DNA of 64,000 nt from Dicyema japonicum (Eukaryota > Animalia > Dicyemida), in contig RDEW01000024.1 in assembly GCA_011109175.1 (NCBI GenBank), forward strand, positions 241,199 to 305,198. The letters run 5' to 3'. The notes beneath the pieces are model-generated. The model saw only the letters and a program-made list of their open reading frames with translations. It made no database searches and was not told where the DNA came from. The translations under genes and the position numbers were made by a program. Below are positions 23,000 through 35,620 of the stretch, piece after piece; positions within the stretch are counted from its first letter, which is position 1; each line of letters opens with the position of its first letter.

Positions 23000-23155
23000 C
23001 AATACCTAGAAAAACAATAAATAATCTTTTACTAAGAAGTACACTATTTTGAAAGATTCAAAAATTGTCAACCGTCTTTTAAAGGTGCACATAAAATAAA
23101 TTTCCAATGCTTGAAGAGAAGTTGGTTGAATGGATAGAGAAAGTAAATTCTAAAG
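23000..23155 (+). mobile_element. pogo/Tigger-like CENP-B HTH fragment abutting a hAT-type end (CAGTGCTTCTCA)
   Basis: FPMLEEKLVEWIEK. Confidence 0.45.
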
Positions 23156-23238
23156 CAGTGCTTCTCAGACTTTTTTTCATGCCGCACACTTGGCGTAAAA
23201 AACCTTAAATTTATTTTTCAGGAAGTTAATTAGAAGTA

Positions 23239-23375
23239 CTGGAGACGATCTTGAGGATATTCGTAAACGCAGAAACAGAGCTAGATGTCGACTGGGAGGA
23301 TAGTCGAGTGTAGGCACGAGCGAAACCCTAGGCATTTTACGTGCTTATGGCAACGCGGGAGTGCTATTAACTAAC
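23239..23375 (+). mobile_element. Short 5'-truncated retroposon (RTE-like 3' end)
   Basis: 12-bp TSD TAATTAGAAGTA (23227-23238, 23376-23387) and (TAAC)n tail. Confidence 0.7.
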
Positions 23376-25084
23376 TAATTAGAAGTATTTAAAATACACC
23401 TTATTTATCGTTATTTTTTAATTATGTTACGGCAAAGATTATCAATGTTAGGTAAATAAGACAAATAAGATAGCTTTAAAAAATAACTTATCCATTAAAA
23501 AATTGGAATACTCGGAATATCCATAACATAAAAACAATACATACATTTCATGTCAAAATTATAGATAGTTTTTGAAAAAAAGCGAACAATGGTGAAAAAA
23601 GGTCTGGCTCTGATAATCAATGGATTTAGTCCCCTTGGCACTGAGCTCCACAAAAATGAGTAAACCACAAGACGCCATGCTAATTAAACGTCATAGTGAG
23701 ATTTTTAGCGTAACGCTTTAGAATTTTTTTGAATGATTCGCCAGCGATCCAATCGTATTCCGGAAATGCTCTTATGGAATTCTAATTTGTTTAACATTTT
23801 TTCATCTTCAAGGGTGATCCGGATGAGCAACCTTGTTTCCATTGTAATTCCCGGTTATTTACAAAACGCTGTGTCTTCAAGTTAAATAAAATGATCAAAA
23901 TAGTTGAAATCTTTTAAAAGCAAATTTTTCTCAACGAAAATTTTTAACTTTAAATATGCCAACGAAAATTAGTTAGCAATAGTCAAATTCAATATCTCAA
24001 TATTCTGTTGGGCCTCGTAGCACCATGCTTCTCGTGACGTCTACTCATGAGACGCTGAATGCTTGGCCGATATTCAAGAGGATATATCTCAACAACGCAC
24101 TGAGAGACTATTTCGCTCGTTGGAGAGAAAACAAACAAATTTACTTCGAAGGCTTGCTTCAAAGAAATGCGAGCCCCGAGAAGGATTCTGGTTGAGGTAG
24201 AGGCTCGAAATTGTGGTGATCAGAGAAACACCTTCGCTATCCTGGCATCTAACTGGCATCTTGACGTCATATATAATATTTTATTCCAAAAAATAAATAT
24301 TGAGTAATGGCAAGACCATTCGCTTCCTGGCTAATATTAGTAGAGTGTGCAGAAATACCTAATCCTTTATTACTGATATATTCAATTTTTCGTTTTTTTC
24401 TATTTTATATGGTATATCTAGGACTAGGAAGCATAGGATTGGAAAAGAGGATGTTGTCTGACACCAAGTTAAACGTGGACCAAGAGAAATTACTGAATAC
24501 TGAAAGCTAATTTGAAGGAGAGAATAACTACCTTTGAAAGGGCTTACTTGGAATGACCAGTTGTTGATTGACCCAATTGAAGAGTTCAGGCATTTCGAGG
24601 CAAGTCCATATTACTTTAACTCCCCTCACTATGAGTCTTCTACTTATGCGATGGATTAACAATCACACAATGATGCCCACAAAAATTAAACATTAAAGTC
24701 TATAAATGAAATTTTAATATCGAAGATAAATTAGCATTTTCCCCGTTTTGCTAAATGTACGGCAAAACCGAATACTTATATACCATAAAAACGGTATTTA
24801 ACAAAAATGAAACCAAAATTGGGTGGATATTCGCAAGGAGGTAGTAATATTGATGACCTTGTACTGTAAGGAGCCAAACGAAGAGTTTGTCTAGGTTTCA
24901 TCCATCATGAAACGAATAGATATTTCATTCAATAAGGTTACAATCTCAACTTTCAAAACAATAAACCACTTAACTAACAAATTTATTAGCTAAATACAGT
25001 GAAGTCTCTCTAATTGGCCAATTTTTAAAAAAACTAATCTTTTTCAATAATTTTATTTAAAAATCAAAATTTCAAACTAAAAAT

Positions 25085-26290
25085 ATTACCTAAAACATAG
25101 ACGCTCGAAGGACTCACCAGCTTCGTACAGACAATATCCATCTTGTGTGCCACCTTTAAAATCCTGGATAAACTCATTCTCAATCAGATTAAACCTTACC
25201 TCGAAACGTATCCTTCCAACATGGTTTTAAGAAGGCTCGTTCCACAACTACCCACCTTACCTGCCTCACAAAATTCATCAAAGAAGGCCTTCAACACAAA
25301 CCTCGGCATCAAAAGACCATTATGTGTTCCATTGACATGTAGAAGGCTTTCGACTCAAACCGAAGAAACTGTTCACTAGGAAGATCTATGGCTCTAAGAT
25401 TCCCAACTACCTGAGAATTTGAGTCGCTAACTTCTTTAACAGACGAAGAGGAAAAGTAATCTCCCATTCCACATCTTGAATCATTAAATTTCTACCGAAC
25501 GGGGTTCCGCAAAAATCCCCCTTCTCTACTATTTTATTTAACCTATTCATGACCGACATGCCTTCTTACAGCTGCGACGATACCCTATCCTTGCTTACAC
25601 CGACGACTTAATCCTGGGAACAAGAGACCAGTGCATCCACACAGCGGGTACCCGCTTACAAGATTCACTGGATAACCTAAACTATTGGCTTGCGAGGAAC
25701 CAACTACACACAAGTCCTGAAAACTCGTGCTCAATGATCTTGATATCCAATAGAAGAATGACTAACTCGGGGCCTCCATTGACCCTAAATGGAATAACAA
25801 TCCCCTCCACAAATTCAACCAAAATACTGGGGGTCACATATGATTCACTAATGACTTTCAGCAAACATGTGAGCAACATAATCTCCTCTTCCAGAGAAAA
25901 TTAAACTTTGTAAAAACGCTATTTGATACTACAAGAGATGGTTCCACCCAACAATAGATCACCTCTACTACCAATACATACTTCACGGCATGGGGTACTA
26001 ACATATCCTACACCAACCTAAAGAAATTAAACTCCTTCCAAGAGACAGTAACAAAAACCCTACAAAGATCCTTCTCGTCGTCATTAAAACCAACCCCATT
26101 CGAAACTTGTGAGGAGAACGGGAGCTCAGCCAAAACCCTTAAACTCCGAAAAGTGATTCGTCCATACAGGAGTGTGTCGGCACTTGGGAGGAACACAGAG
26201 GAAAGATAAGGCGGCTGCTCAAGGGGCCGGGATCATCTGACGGCCCCTACCTTCCTTTGATTTGTCGGTGATTCTCGGTTTTTAAATTAA
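25085..26290 (+). mobile_element. Degenerate Ingi/Vingi-like LINE (RT to 3' end)
   Basis: ATFKILDKLIL, IDM.KAFD, GVPQKSP, YTDD, KILGVTYDSLMTF, and terminal CCGGGATCATC...GGTGATTCTCGG hairpin. Confidence 0.8.
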
Positions 26291-27199
26291 AATTAAAAAA
26301 AGTACCCAAATGTTTCAAATTCCCAAATTGGCCACAAATAGTTCAGAACAATTTGGGCAATTTAATGGACTTTACTGTATACGGTTACCCGACCATTAGC
26401 GTCACTATATTTTTAAGGGTAAAAAAAAAACAAAAACAAACTTTCTTAAATTTTCTCATTTTCAGCACCTCCTCTGAAGACTTGGATTGAGAAATGTCGT
26501 GTTAGAGGTAATGGAACATGGAGATTGTCCGTATAATGATAAATGTAGGTATTATCAAAGATATCGGGTCTTCAATTCCTTCTTCATAACAAAGAGTTTT
26601 TAAAGATTTCAGAAAAAATCGTCATTGAAGTAATTACCGACATCATTCATTGATGTAATTTCAGGTTCTGATGACCCCTACTGGAATATGGGTAGAAAAT
26701 CCTGAATCAGCTCTTCCATCTTGGTCTTTAGGATAATGAAAATCCAATTTCATTGTGAGTTTCAGAATGTTTTTTTTATCCAAAATTATATTCACCCTTA
26801 TCCGAATATTAATAAACAGAAAGTGACGTTATCGATCAGGAAAGTACGCTATATTATTTTTAAAAATTCATAACAATTAAAATAATAACAAACCGTTCAA
26901 AACTTCTAAATATTTCTTTCAGAAAAAGTGGTCGCTCATTGAGAAAACGCATTTCTCGTGAAGATTTGTAAGGAAATGCACTCTATAAACCACTCCTTTC
27001 CCCTTTATCCTTTTTTGCTCAACGCGAAAAGCGATCCAATGTACTACGCAATGTTCAATAACTCTTGATGTTTCAACGGCTACTGGCGAAAAAAGTGAAC
27101 TACTCACCGTGACATTTGTGTTTATTTTTCTTATTTATAATTTAAGTAAAAATAATTTAATTAATTTATTAACCACATATACACGAGAAAGAAGTTAAC

Positions 27200-27528
27200 C
27201 GTATTTTGCCGCGTAGAGCCATGTGGTGCTGCGTGGTTAATTGGTTTAAATTTTCTGTCTGCTTGTCTGTACCTCCTCTCTCTTCCTAATAGAGTGGCGT
27301 CATGTGATCCACCTGTCTAGGTGACGTCCAGTGCCAGGCCGGCATGAAAAAGGATCATTTGCTCTTCCCCACTCCACTGGAGGGGCTTCCACAACTGCAT
27401 GTAATGGACGACCTACCCTTTATGCTGATTCCGGATGGACTCTGTTTCTGTAGAAGTGGATACTGGATACACTTAATTAGTTCTTTACTTTAACTTCTTT
27501 CTCGGTGTATCCGGGGTTAATAAAGAAA
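27200..27528 (+). mobile_element. Young full-length SINE-B
   Basis: Highly similar by eye to 44219-44557 and 49496-49828; 12-bp TSD AAAGAAGTTAAC (27188-27199, 27529-27540). Confidence 0.88.
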
Positions 27529-27850
27529 AAAGAAGTTAACAGTGAACAACTAGTTAAGTTAATCCAGTTTCCACTGTTACGAAAACTGTGTCCTTCAACG
27601 TCACAAAGTCCATCCGGAACCAGCATAAAAGGTGAAAACGTCCATTCCTTGCAGTTGTGGAAACCCCTCCAGTGAGTGGGGGAGTATATAATCCTTTTTC
27701 GTGCCAGCCTGGAATTGGGCGCCACCAGAGACTGGTTAATCACATAACGCCACTATAGTAGGAGAGGAAAAGGAGGAACAAACAAAACATACAAAAACTT
27801 AAACCAATTAGCCACGTAGCAAAACATGGCCAAACACGCAACGAGGCGAA
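27529..27850 (-). mobile_element. Older SINE-B, whose tail was interrupted by the young copy
   Basis: Aligns along its length in reverse. The remaining tail piece TACACGAGAAAG lies at ~27180-27192. Confidence 0.8.
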
Positions 27851-28032
27851 AATTATTTTTTACTTTAAAAAATATTTCTTCGATTTTTTAATTAAAGATA
27901 AAATTTTAAAATAATTAATTTAAATCTACAAATTAATAAATAAAACAAAAATTAGATAGAAAAAAATAATTAATTTTAAAATTTAAATAAAATCAAATAC
28001 TACAACTCAACATTCATTGTGGTGGACTATTA

Positions 28033-30532
28033 ATGAGCAGACAAAACAAGCACAAATCTATATATAAAAGACAGAAAGGTAGTAATCCCCATTAATCATA
28101 GACGCACTACTAAAAATGATGAACTTCAACACTATCGTCGATAATATTACTTCTATTCATCCGCAATGGAAGATTCTCATATACGACGATTTTTCCAGAC
28201 AAATAATTGCTCCCCACGTGTCCCTTAAAGAACTGCGAAGATTAGGAGTGACTTTACACCTGTACTTGTCATTCAAAAAAAATTTAGTGGCCTGTATGAG
28301 AACAGAGAAGCGGTCCCTGAGGTGTTGGCCATCTACTTCGTACAGCCTACTGAGGAGAATATAACGAAAATCTGCAACGTTCTCCTTATAAATTAAACCA
28401 TTCTAGGATATGAAAAAGGGAATGTATCAGAAATATTATCTTCATTTCACATCTTCCATTTCTCGCAAAAATTTAGAATTCCTTGCTGACTCGACCATCC
28501 GATCATCAACCGACCACCTTGTCTCAAAGGTAATTATTTTATTCAAAAATTAAAAAAATTATTTTTAATTTTATATTTTTGTTTTTTTTCAGGTTTTTGA
28601 CCAATATTTGAATTTCATGGCCAAAAGTTCAGATTTGTTTACTTTGGCTGAAGCGCAGACGTCCAACATGTCCCTGTTCACTCTCAACAATCCTACTACC
28701 TCTGACACTGTCATAGAAAGTTCGCTAAAATCAATTGTTGAGGGACTACTTTCATTCTTTGTGACTTCTGGTTGTTTTTCGTTGTATTTTAGCCTCTATT
28801 CCTATCATTCGTTGTTACTCTTCGTCAGAAATTTCCGCCAAATTTCGACCTTGTTGGACGAGAAGTTTAGAGATTCCTTAAGTGATACTCGTAGCTGTGT
28901 TTTTGCGTGTGATCCTGTATATGGAACTCCCATAAGGTTACTTTATATTTATTTTTTCAGTTTCCAACGTCCTTTATTGCTCATAGTGGACAGAGCTACA
29001 GATGTTGTTAGTCCTCTTCTCCATTCTCCACCTATGAGGCCTTACTTCACGATGCCTTGGTACGTCGAACTTTTGACTGATTAGGAGTACAACAATAACT
29101 CTGTCAGACTCCGTGACGTTAACGGAAAGAACACATCGACGCACGTGCTTGATGAGGACGACGCTTTTTGGTGTGAAAGCCGACATTTGTAGAGATCTGT
29201 TGGAATTTGTAGGAAAATTGACTCTGTGGCTGGAAAAATGAACGAAAGACTGTCACAAATCAAATTAGAGGAGGAACGACTTAGGGAATTTACTGTATTT
29301 GCTTGATTCATCTCTTAGAAGCAAAATTCAGAAAAGCAGGGTGATCTGGTGGGTGACAACATGTCCACAGTAAAGTATTACTGTCTGTTTATTGTGGGGA
29401 TCTGACTGATTTGCTTGGAAGGAAGAAGCTGGTTGAAATGCACACTGAAATTGGTTCATGCCTGTTAAAGCATATTGAGGTTTCTATTTGCTTTTGCTTG
29501 TGAACCTGTTGCAACATCTAACGCGGCGAATTCTGGATTTTTAATTGTTTTCAATTTTATTTATTTTTATCTGCTACATATCAACATGACTAAATTATAA
29601 TATGGTGGCGAACCTTTTAAATACATTATTTTAATTTAATTTTACTTGTGTTTACTAATCTTATTAAATACACTAATTTTAATTATTTTTTGTCAGCCGT
29701 AATAAATAAACTTTCTGTGTAATTAAAGCTTTTTTTTCTACTAGCGAATCATATTAAATACATTATTTTAAATTAATTTACATTTAGGCGCGAAAATTGA
29801 ATGTTTTCTATGATACGGAAAAAAATTACAAAGATTGCGTTCATTCAAAAGTAATTCAATAATTTATTTTATAGGAAAAGTCCCTGTTGGCTTTAATGGA
29901 GTCAATCGATGGTGGCAATCAGGCTGACTTGCACAGATTCTTAGCTATCTGTTCTCTGTGCGACGACTCTATCACTCAATCAGAGATACAAGAAGCTGCT
30001 GAAAAGTTTAATATTCCGCAGAACCAATCAATCGCCTACATTCGTAAATTTAAGTCACATGCCCGCCTATCATCCATGTCCTCCACTTCGCAGTTTGACA
30101 TCAAAAGTGTAGCTGGAAACGTACTCGATAAACTCATCACCGAGGGGGCTCGGTTTTTGGGGGATCAAAAGAAAGTATAATTTATCGAAAAATCTTTAGG
30201 GAGTTCCTTTGATTGATATGATTGACAAGTTGATCGACCCCCCTCCTCAGAACTCTGTTTTGCAGTTTGACCCCAAATCGACGAAGGTTTCGAACGAAAA
30301 GTATTTTGGAATTTTTATTTTTTAGAAATCTTCTCAAGAAAGTGAATTTTAGTGAGGTTAACCTAATTTGAATTTTTTAATAGATTGTCGTTTTTGTGAT
30401 TGGCGGGGGATGCTATGTTGAATATGAGGCTATTTCTCGCTATAAAATCAGACGGAATAAAAATATTATTTATGGATCCACTGTCTTGTATCCCCCAATG
30501 AATTTCTTGAACAGGTGAGGGAGTTGGCTTAA
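28033..30532 (+). CDS. SCFD1: Sec1/Munc18 protein Sly1/SCFD1 (multi-exon)
   Basis: IYKRQK|DALLKMMNFN, WKILIYD, LKELRRLGVTLHL, YFVQPTEENI, VFDQYLNF, PLLLIVDR..D..SPLLH, FVIGGGCYVEY, IIYGST. Introns of 22-28 nt plus longer ones. Several indels. Confidence 0.93.
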
Positions 30533-30899
30533 TTTAGCTTAATAAATTGGGAGAGGCCTACTCTGCAAGTAAATGAATGATTATATTTATTAACAATAAA
30601 TTTTTGATGTTATTTGATTTATTGGAGATGACGATTTGTTGAAGGGAGTGAGAGTCTATGAGGACAGAGTATACCAAGTGACTTGTGAGTTTCCTGAGAA
30701 GGGTTTATTCAGTGTAAGATGGTTATTTATTGAATTATCTATTGTTTTTTATTTTTGACAAATTTTGGTTTAAATAACAATTAGTTAATGTTTCTAGTTA
30801 TGAAGACTTTTGAATTTTCTATAAGTGATCTTTATTCAACATTTATAAACATTCATAAATGAAGTTATTTTTATAAATATTTTGATTATATTAATAACA

Positions 30900-31270
30900 T
30901 ATATTTATTTAATATTTTTGATATTATGGGTCAAAATTAAAATTCATATTGGGCGAGTATTACGGTAGAGATATAAACTGTGCAGCATTACATACATTAT
31001 TTGAAAATATTACTGATGTTAAATATTTTTGTGTAGAATTGCTCATGTTATATCTGGGCTTGATATGGAAACGTGTATATCGTTTACAATCTATATTTCT
31101 GTAGCGGTTGTTATTAGGACAGATATCAGTTATAGATATGCCATTGCAGAATTGCCAACAGAAACAAATGCCGCTGATTTATTAGAGAGACGTATGTTAA
31201 ACTACAAATATCATTCAAAAACAGACATGTGACTTTTAATCATGCGCAAAGAAACTTAGAATTCTGCTGT
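30900..31270 (+). pseudogene. Divergent RRM-domain gene or pseudogene
   Basis: IKIHIGR..., RYAIAELPTETNAADLLER and SFKNRHVTFNHAQR align with the RRM at 31846. Confidence 0.5.
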
Positions 31271-31559
31271 TACAATAGGCGCCTTTGACTATTTTGTTTT
31301 GTATAAATTTTAATAAACAGTTCATTAAATACACAAAAATAGCAGGCAAGGAATATTTACATTGATCAGTCAGAAATGTGAAAAAATATGTTGCGTAACT
31401 TTGGTTATATCTTTGTAAAATAATTTGAGTCAGATTCCCCATATTTAAATATAAGAATCCAAAATAGGGATTCATTTAAATTAACAGTGCCTAAATAGAT
31501 CTTTGATACTTGCTTGGTAAGAAGAATTCATAAAGATGCATTTAAGTGAAGCTAGTTAA

Positions 31560-32640
31560 ATAGTTTTGATTTTATATTTTCGATATTCTTTGTAAAATTT
31601 TAATTGAGACGGTATTATGTTGAAGATATGCATTTTCTATGATTGCAATTAAAACGTTATTAAGGATGGAATGAAGTAAATCAAATTCATTAAAAAATAG
31701 TTTTGACATTAATGACATATTTATCATATTTTCGGTAAATTTTAAAATTCACATTTGACAAGCATTTTGTTTAAAATATAAACTTTTAAAGAGTAATTGT
31801 ATTTTGGTAAACTACTCAATATTTGGCCTCGCATATCGAAATATAGATCAAGCTCTACGTAGGGAACCTTAACGGTTTGAACATTGTATTAATTTATTAA
31901 ATATATTAAAGGAGGCATTGGAGGAAGATCTGCTACGATTCTTCGATTTTTACGTTCATCGACCAGTTATTCGCCTAATGATGGAAACATATTATACTTT
32001 TGTGGGTTTATTTTAGATATGCCTTTGCCGAATTTCCGACGGAAAATGATGCGGGCGAAGTAATAAGGAAACATGGAGTTATTAATAATTTATTAATCTT
32101 AGGATTGTAAAATTGATTTCAAAGGGAGACAGATCATTATTAACTATGCAAAAAGATATGGTTTTCTTGAATTTATTAGATTTTTAGCTCCAAGAATAGC
32201 ACATAATAAATATTATGCATGGAACTTTTACTGTTTATTAGTTTTGATTCTATATTTTCGATATTCTAATAAAAATTCTAATTGAGACGGTATTATGTTG
32301 AGGATATGCACTTCATAAGATTGCAATTAGAACGTTATTAAGGATGGAATGAAGTAAATCAAATTCATAAAAATATTAGTTTTGACTACATTAATGACAT
32401 ATTTATCATATTTTCGGTAAATTTTAAAACTCACATTTGACAAGCATTTTGTTTAAAATATAAACTTTTAAAGAGTAATTGTATTTTGGTCATCTACTCA
32501 ATATTTGCACTCGCATATCGAATTATAGAACAAACTCTACATAGGAACCTTAACGGTTTGAACACTGTATTAATTTATTAAATATATTGAAGGAGACATT
32601 GGAGGAAGATTTGATACAATTCTTCGATTTTACGGTCATC
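31560..32640 (+). repeat. Direct duplication of ~410 bp (31560-31970 and 32235-32640) including the RRM first exons
   Basis: Long near-identical blocks, e.g. AATTGAGACGGTATTATGTTGA and GGAACCTTAACGGTTTGAACA. Confidence 0.9.
31846..32220 (+). CDS. RRM-domain RNA-binding protein (possibly a pseudogene)
   Basis: RNP2 KLYVGNL, EALEEDLLRFF, RNP1 YAFAEF, DFKGRQIIINYAKR; several short GT-AG introns; start not resolved. Confidence 0.7.
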
Positions 32641-32918
32641 GACAGGTTGGAAACTTTATTCACTCACAGAATTTATTAAAGAGGAAGAAGACCCATTTTT
32701 TGATTTATATAATCATTAACTAGCAATTCGTCATTTGAAAAAGGCTGGTAATTCGTATACTGAATTAGCAACAGACATATATTCCATCTATTCGCTGGTA
32801 AAAAAACGAGGTTTGTAAAAATTTATTAATTTTAGATTTTTCAAATTACCGATTATTTTTAAGGTTTTCTCATTTCTTGTAAATAACAGGTTTTCTTATA
32901 TATGTTATGTTTTTAGGT

Positions 32919-35620
32919 TGATTAAACAAATGCTGATGTTAGTGAATTTTATATGACAAAGTTCTTATCAATGCATGAATAAACAAATGCTGATGTTAGT
33001 GAAAATTTTATATGACAAAGTTCTTATCAATGCATGATTAAACAAATGCTGATGTTAGTGAAAATTTTATATGACAAAGTTCTTATCAATGCATGATTAA
33101 ACAAATGCTGGTGTTAGTGAAAATTTTATATGACAAAGTTCTTATCAATGCATGATTAAACAAATGCTGATGTTAGTGAAAATTTTATATGACAAAGTTC
33201 TTATCAATGCATGATTAAACAAATGCTGATGTTAGTGAAAATTTTATATGACAAAGTTCTTATCAATGCATGATTAAACAAATGCTGATGTTAGTGAAAA
33301 TTTTATATGACAAAGTTCTTATCAATGCATGATTAAATAAATGCTGGTGTTAGTGAAATTTTATATGACAAAGTTCTTATCAATGCATGATTAAACAAAT
33401 GCTGGTGTTAGTGAAAATTTTATATGACAAAGTTCTTATCAATGCATGATTAAACAAATGCTGATGTTAGTGAAAATTTTATATGACAAAGTTCTTATCA
33501 ATGCATGATTAAACAAATGCTGATGTTAGTGAAAATTTTATATGACAAAGTTCTTATCAATGCATGATTAAACAAATGCTGATGTTAGTGAAATTTTATA
33601 TGACAAAGTTCTTATCAATGCATGATTAAACAAATGCTGGTGTTAGTGAAAATTTTATATGACAAAGTTCTTATCAATGCATGATTAAACAAATGCTGAT
33701 GTTAGTGAAATTTTATATGACAAAGTTCTTATCAATGCATGATTAAACAAATGCTGATGTTAGTGAAAATTTTATATGACAAAGTTCTTATCAATGCATG
33801 ATTAAACAAATGCTGATGTTAGTGAAAATTTTATATGACAAAGTTTCTTATCAATGCATGATTAAACAAATGCTGATGTTAGTGAAAATTTTATATGACA
33901 AAGTTCTTATCAATGCATGATTAAACAAATGCTGATGTTAGTGAAAATTTTATATGACAAAGTTCTTATCAATGCATGATTAAACAAATGCTGATGTTAG
34001 TGAAAATTTTATATGACAAGTTCTTTATCAATGCATGATTAAACAAATGCTGGTGTTATGAAAATTTTATATGACAAAGTTCTTATCAATGCATGATTAA
34101 ACAAATGCTGATGTTAGTTGAAAATTTTATATGACAAAGTTTTATCAATGCATGATTAAATAAATGCTGGTGTTAGTGAAAATTTTATATGACAAAGTTC
34201 TTATCAATGCATGATTAAACAAATGCTGATGTTAGTGAAATTTTATATGACAAAGTTCTTATCAATGCATGATTAAACAAATGCTGATGTTAGTGAAAAT
34301 TTTATATGACAAAAGTTCTTATCAATGCATGATTAAACAAATGCTGATGTTAGTGAAAATTTTATATGACAAAGTTCTTATCAATGCATGATTAAACAAA
34401 TGCTGTGTTAGTGAAAATTTTATATGACAAAGTTCTTATCAATGCATGATTAAACAACATGCTGATGTTAGTGAAAATTTTATATGACAAAGTTCTTATC
34501 AATGCATGATTAAACAAATGCTGATGTTAGCTGAAAATTTTATATGACCAAAGTTCTTATCAATGCATGATTAAACAAATGCTGATGTTAGTGAAATTTT
34601 ATATTGACCAAAGTTCTTATCAATGCATGATTAAACAATGCTGATGTTAGTGAAAATTTTATATGACCAAAGTTCTTATCAATGCATGATTAAACAAATG
34701 CCTGATGTTAGCTGAAAATTTTATATGACAAAGTTCTTATCAATGCATGATTAAACAAATGCTGGTGTTAGTGAAAATTATATGACAAAGTTCTTATCAA
34801 TGCCATGATTAAACAAATGCTGATGTTAGTGAAAATTTTATATGACAAAGTTCTTATCAATGCATGATTAAACAAATGCTGATGTTAGTGAAAATTTTAT
34901 ATGACAAAGTTCTTATCAATGCATGATTAAAAAATGCTGGTGTTAGTGAAAATTTTATATGACAACAGTTCTTATCAATGCATGATAAACAAATGCTGAT
35001 GTTAGTTGAAAATTTTATATGACAAAGTTCTTATCAATGCATGATTAAACAAATGCTGGTGTTAGTGAAAATTTATATGACAAAAGTTCTTATCAATGCA
35101 TGATTAAACAAATGCTGCATGTTAGTGAAAATTTTATATGACAAAGTTCTTATCAATGCATGATTAAACAAATGCTGATGTTAGTGAAAATTTTATATGA
35201 CAAAGTTCTTATCAATGCATGATTAAACAAATGCTGGTGTTAGTGAAAAATTTTATTATGACAAAGTTCTTATCAATGCATGATTAAACAAATGCTGTTT
35301 AGCTGAAATTTTATATGACAAAGTTTCTTATCAATGCATGATTAACAAATGCTGATGTTATTGAAAATTTTATATGTCAAAGTTCTTATCAATGCATGAT
35401 TAAACAAATGCTGATGTTAGTGAAAATTTTATATGAACAAAGTTCTTATCAATGCATGATTAAACAAATGCTGATGTTAGTGAAAATTTTATATGACAAA
35501 GTTCTTATCAATGCATGATTAAACAAATGCTGATGTTAGTGAAAATTTTATATGACAAAGTTCTTATCAATGCATGATTAAACAAATGCTGGTGTTAGTG
35601 AAAATTTATATGAAAAAGTT
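32919..35620 (+). repeat. 59-bp tandem satellite, ~46 copies
   Basis: Unit TGATTAAACAAATGCTGATGTTAGTGAAAATTTTATATGACAAAGTTCTTATCAATGCA. The register shifts by one base per 60-nt line. CTGATG/CTGGTG variants and scattered indels. Confidence 0.98.

Noticed and set aside
26900-27110. Alternative genetic code (TGA read-through)
   Set aside because: TNPO1 and PPIL1 end in TGA at the expected positions, conserved Trp residues use TGG, and the frame also contains TAG.
27337-27346. GGCCGGCATG equals the first 10 nt of the HDV genomic ribozyme
   Set aside because: No GCCGGCY partner lies downstream and other copies read GGCCGGCACG. It is coincidental; the real fold starts upstream at GGCGTC.
32919-35620. 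CRISPR array
   Set aside because: Units are contiguous near-identical 59-mers with no unique spacers, there are no cas genes, and the context is eukaryotic.
32919-35620. Tandem hammerhead ribozymes (CTGATG..GAAA, helix III AATTTT/AAAGTT, UUC triplet)
   Set aside because: A9 is U, helix II is absent and helix I cannot pair; the unit is better explained as exon-derived.
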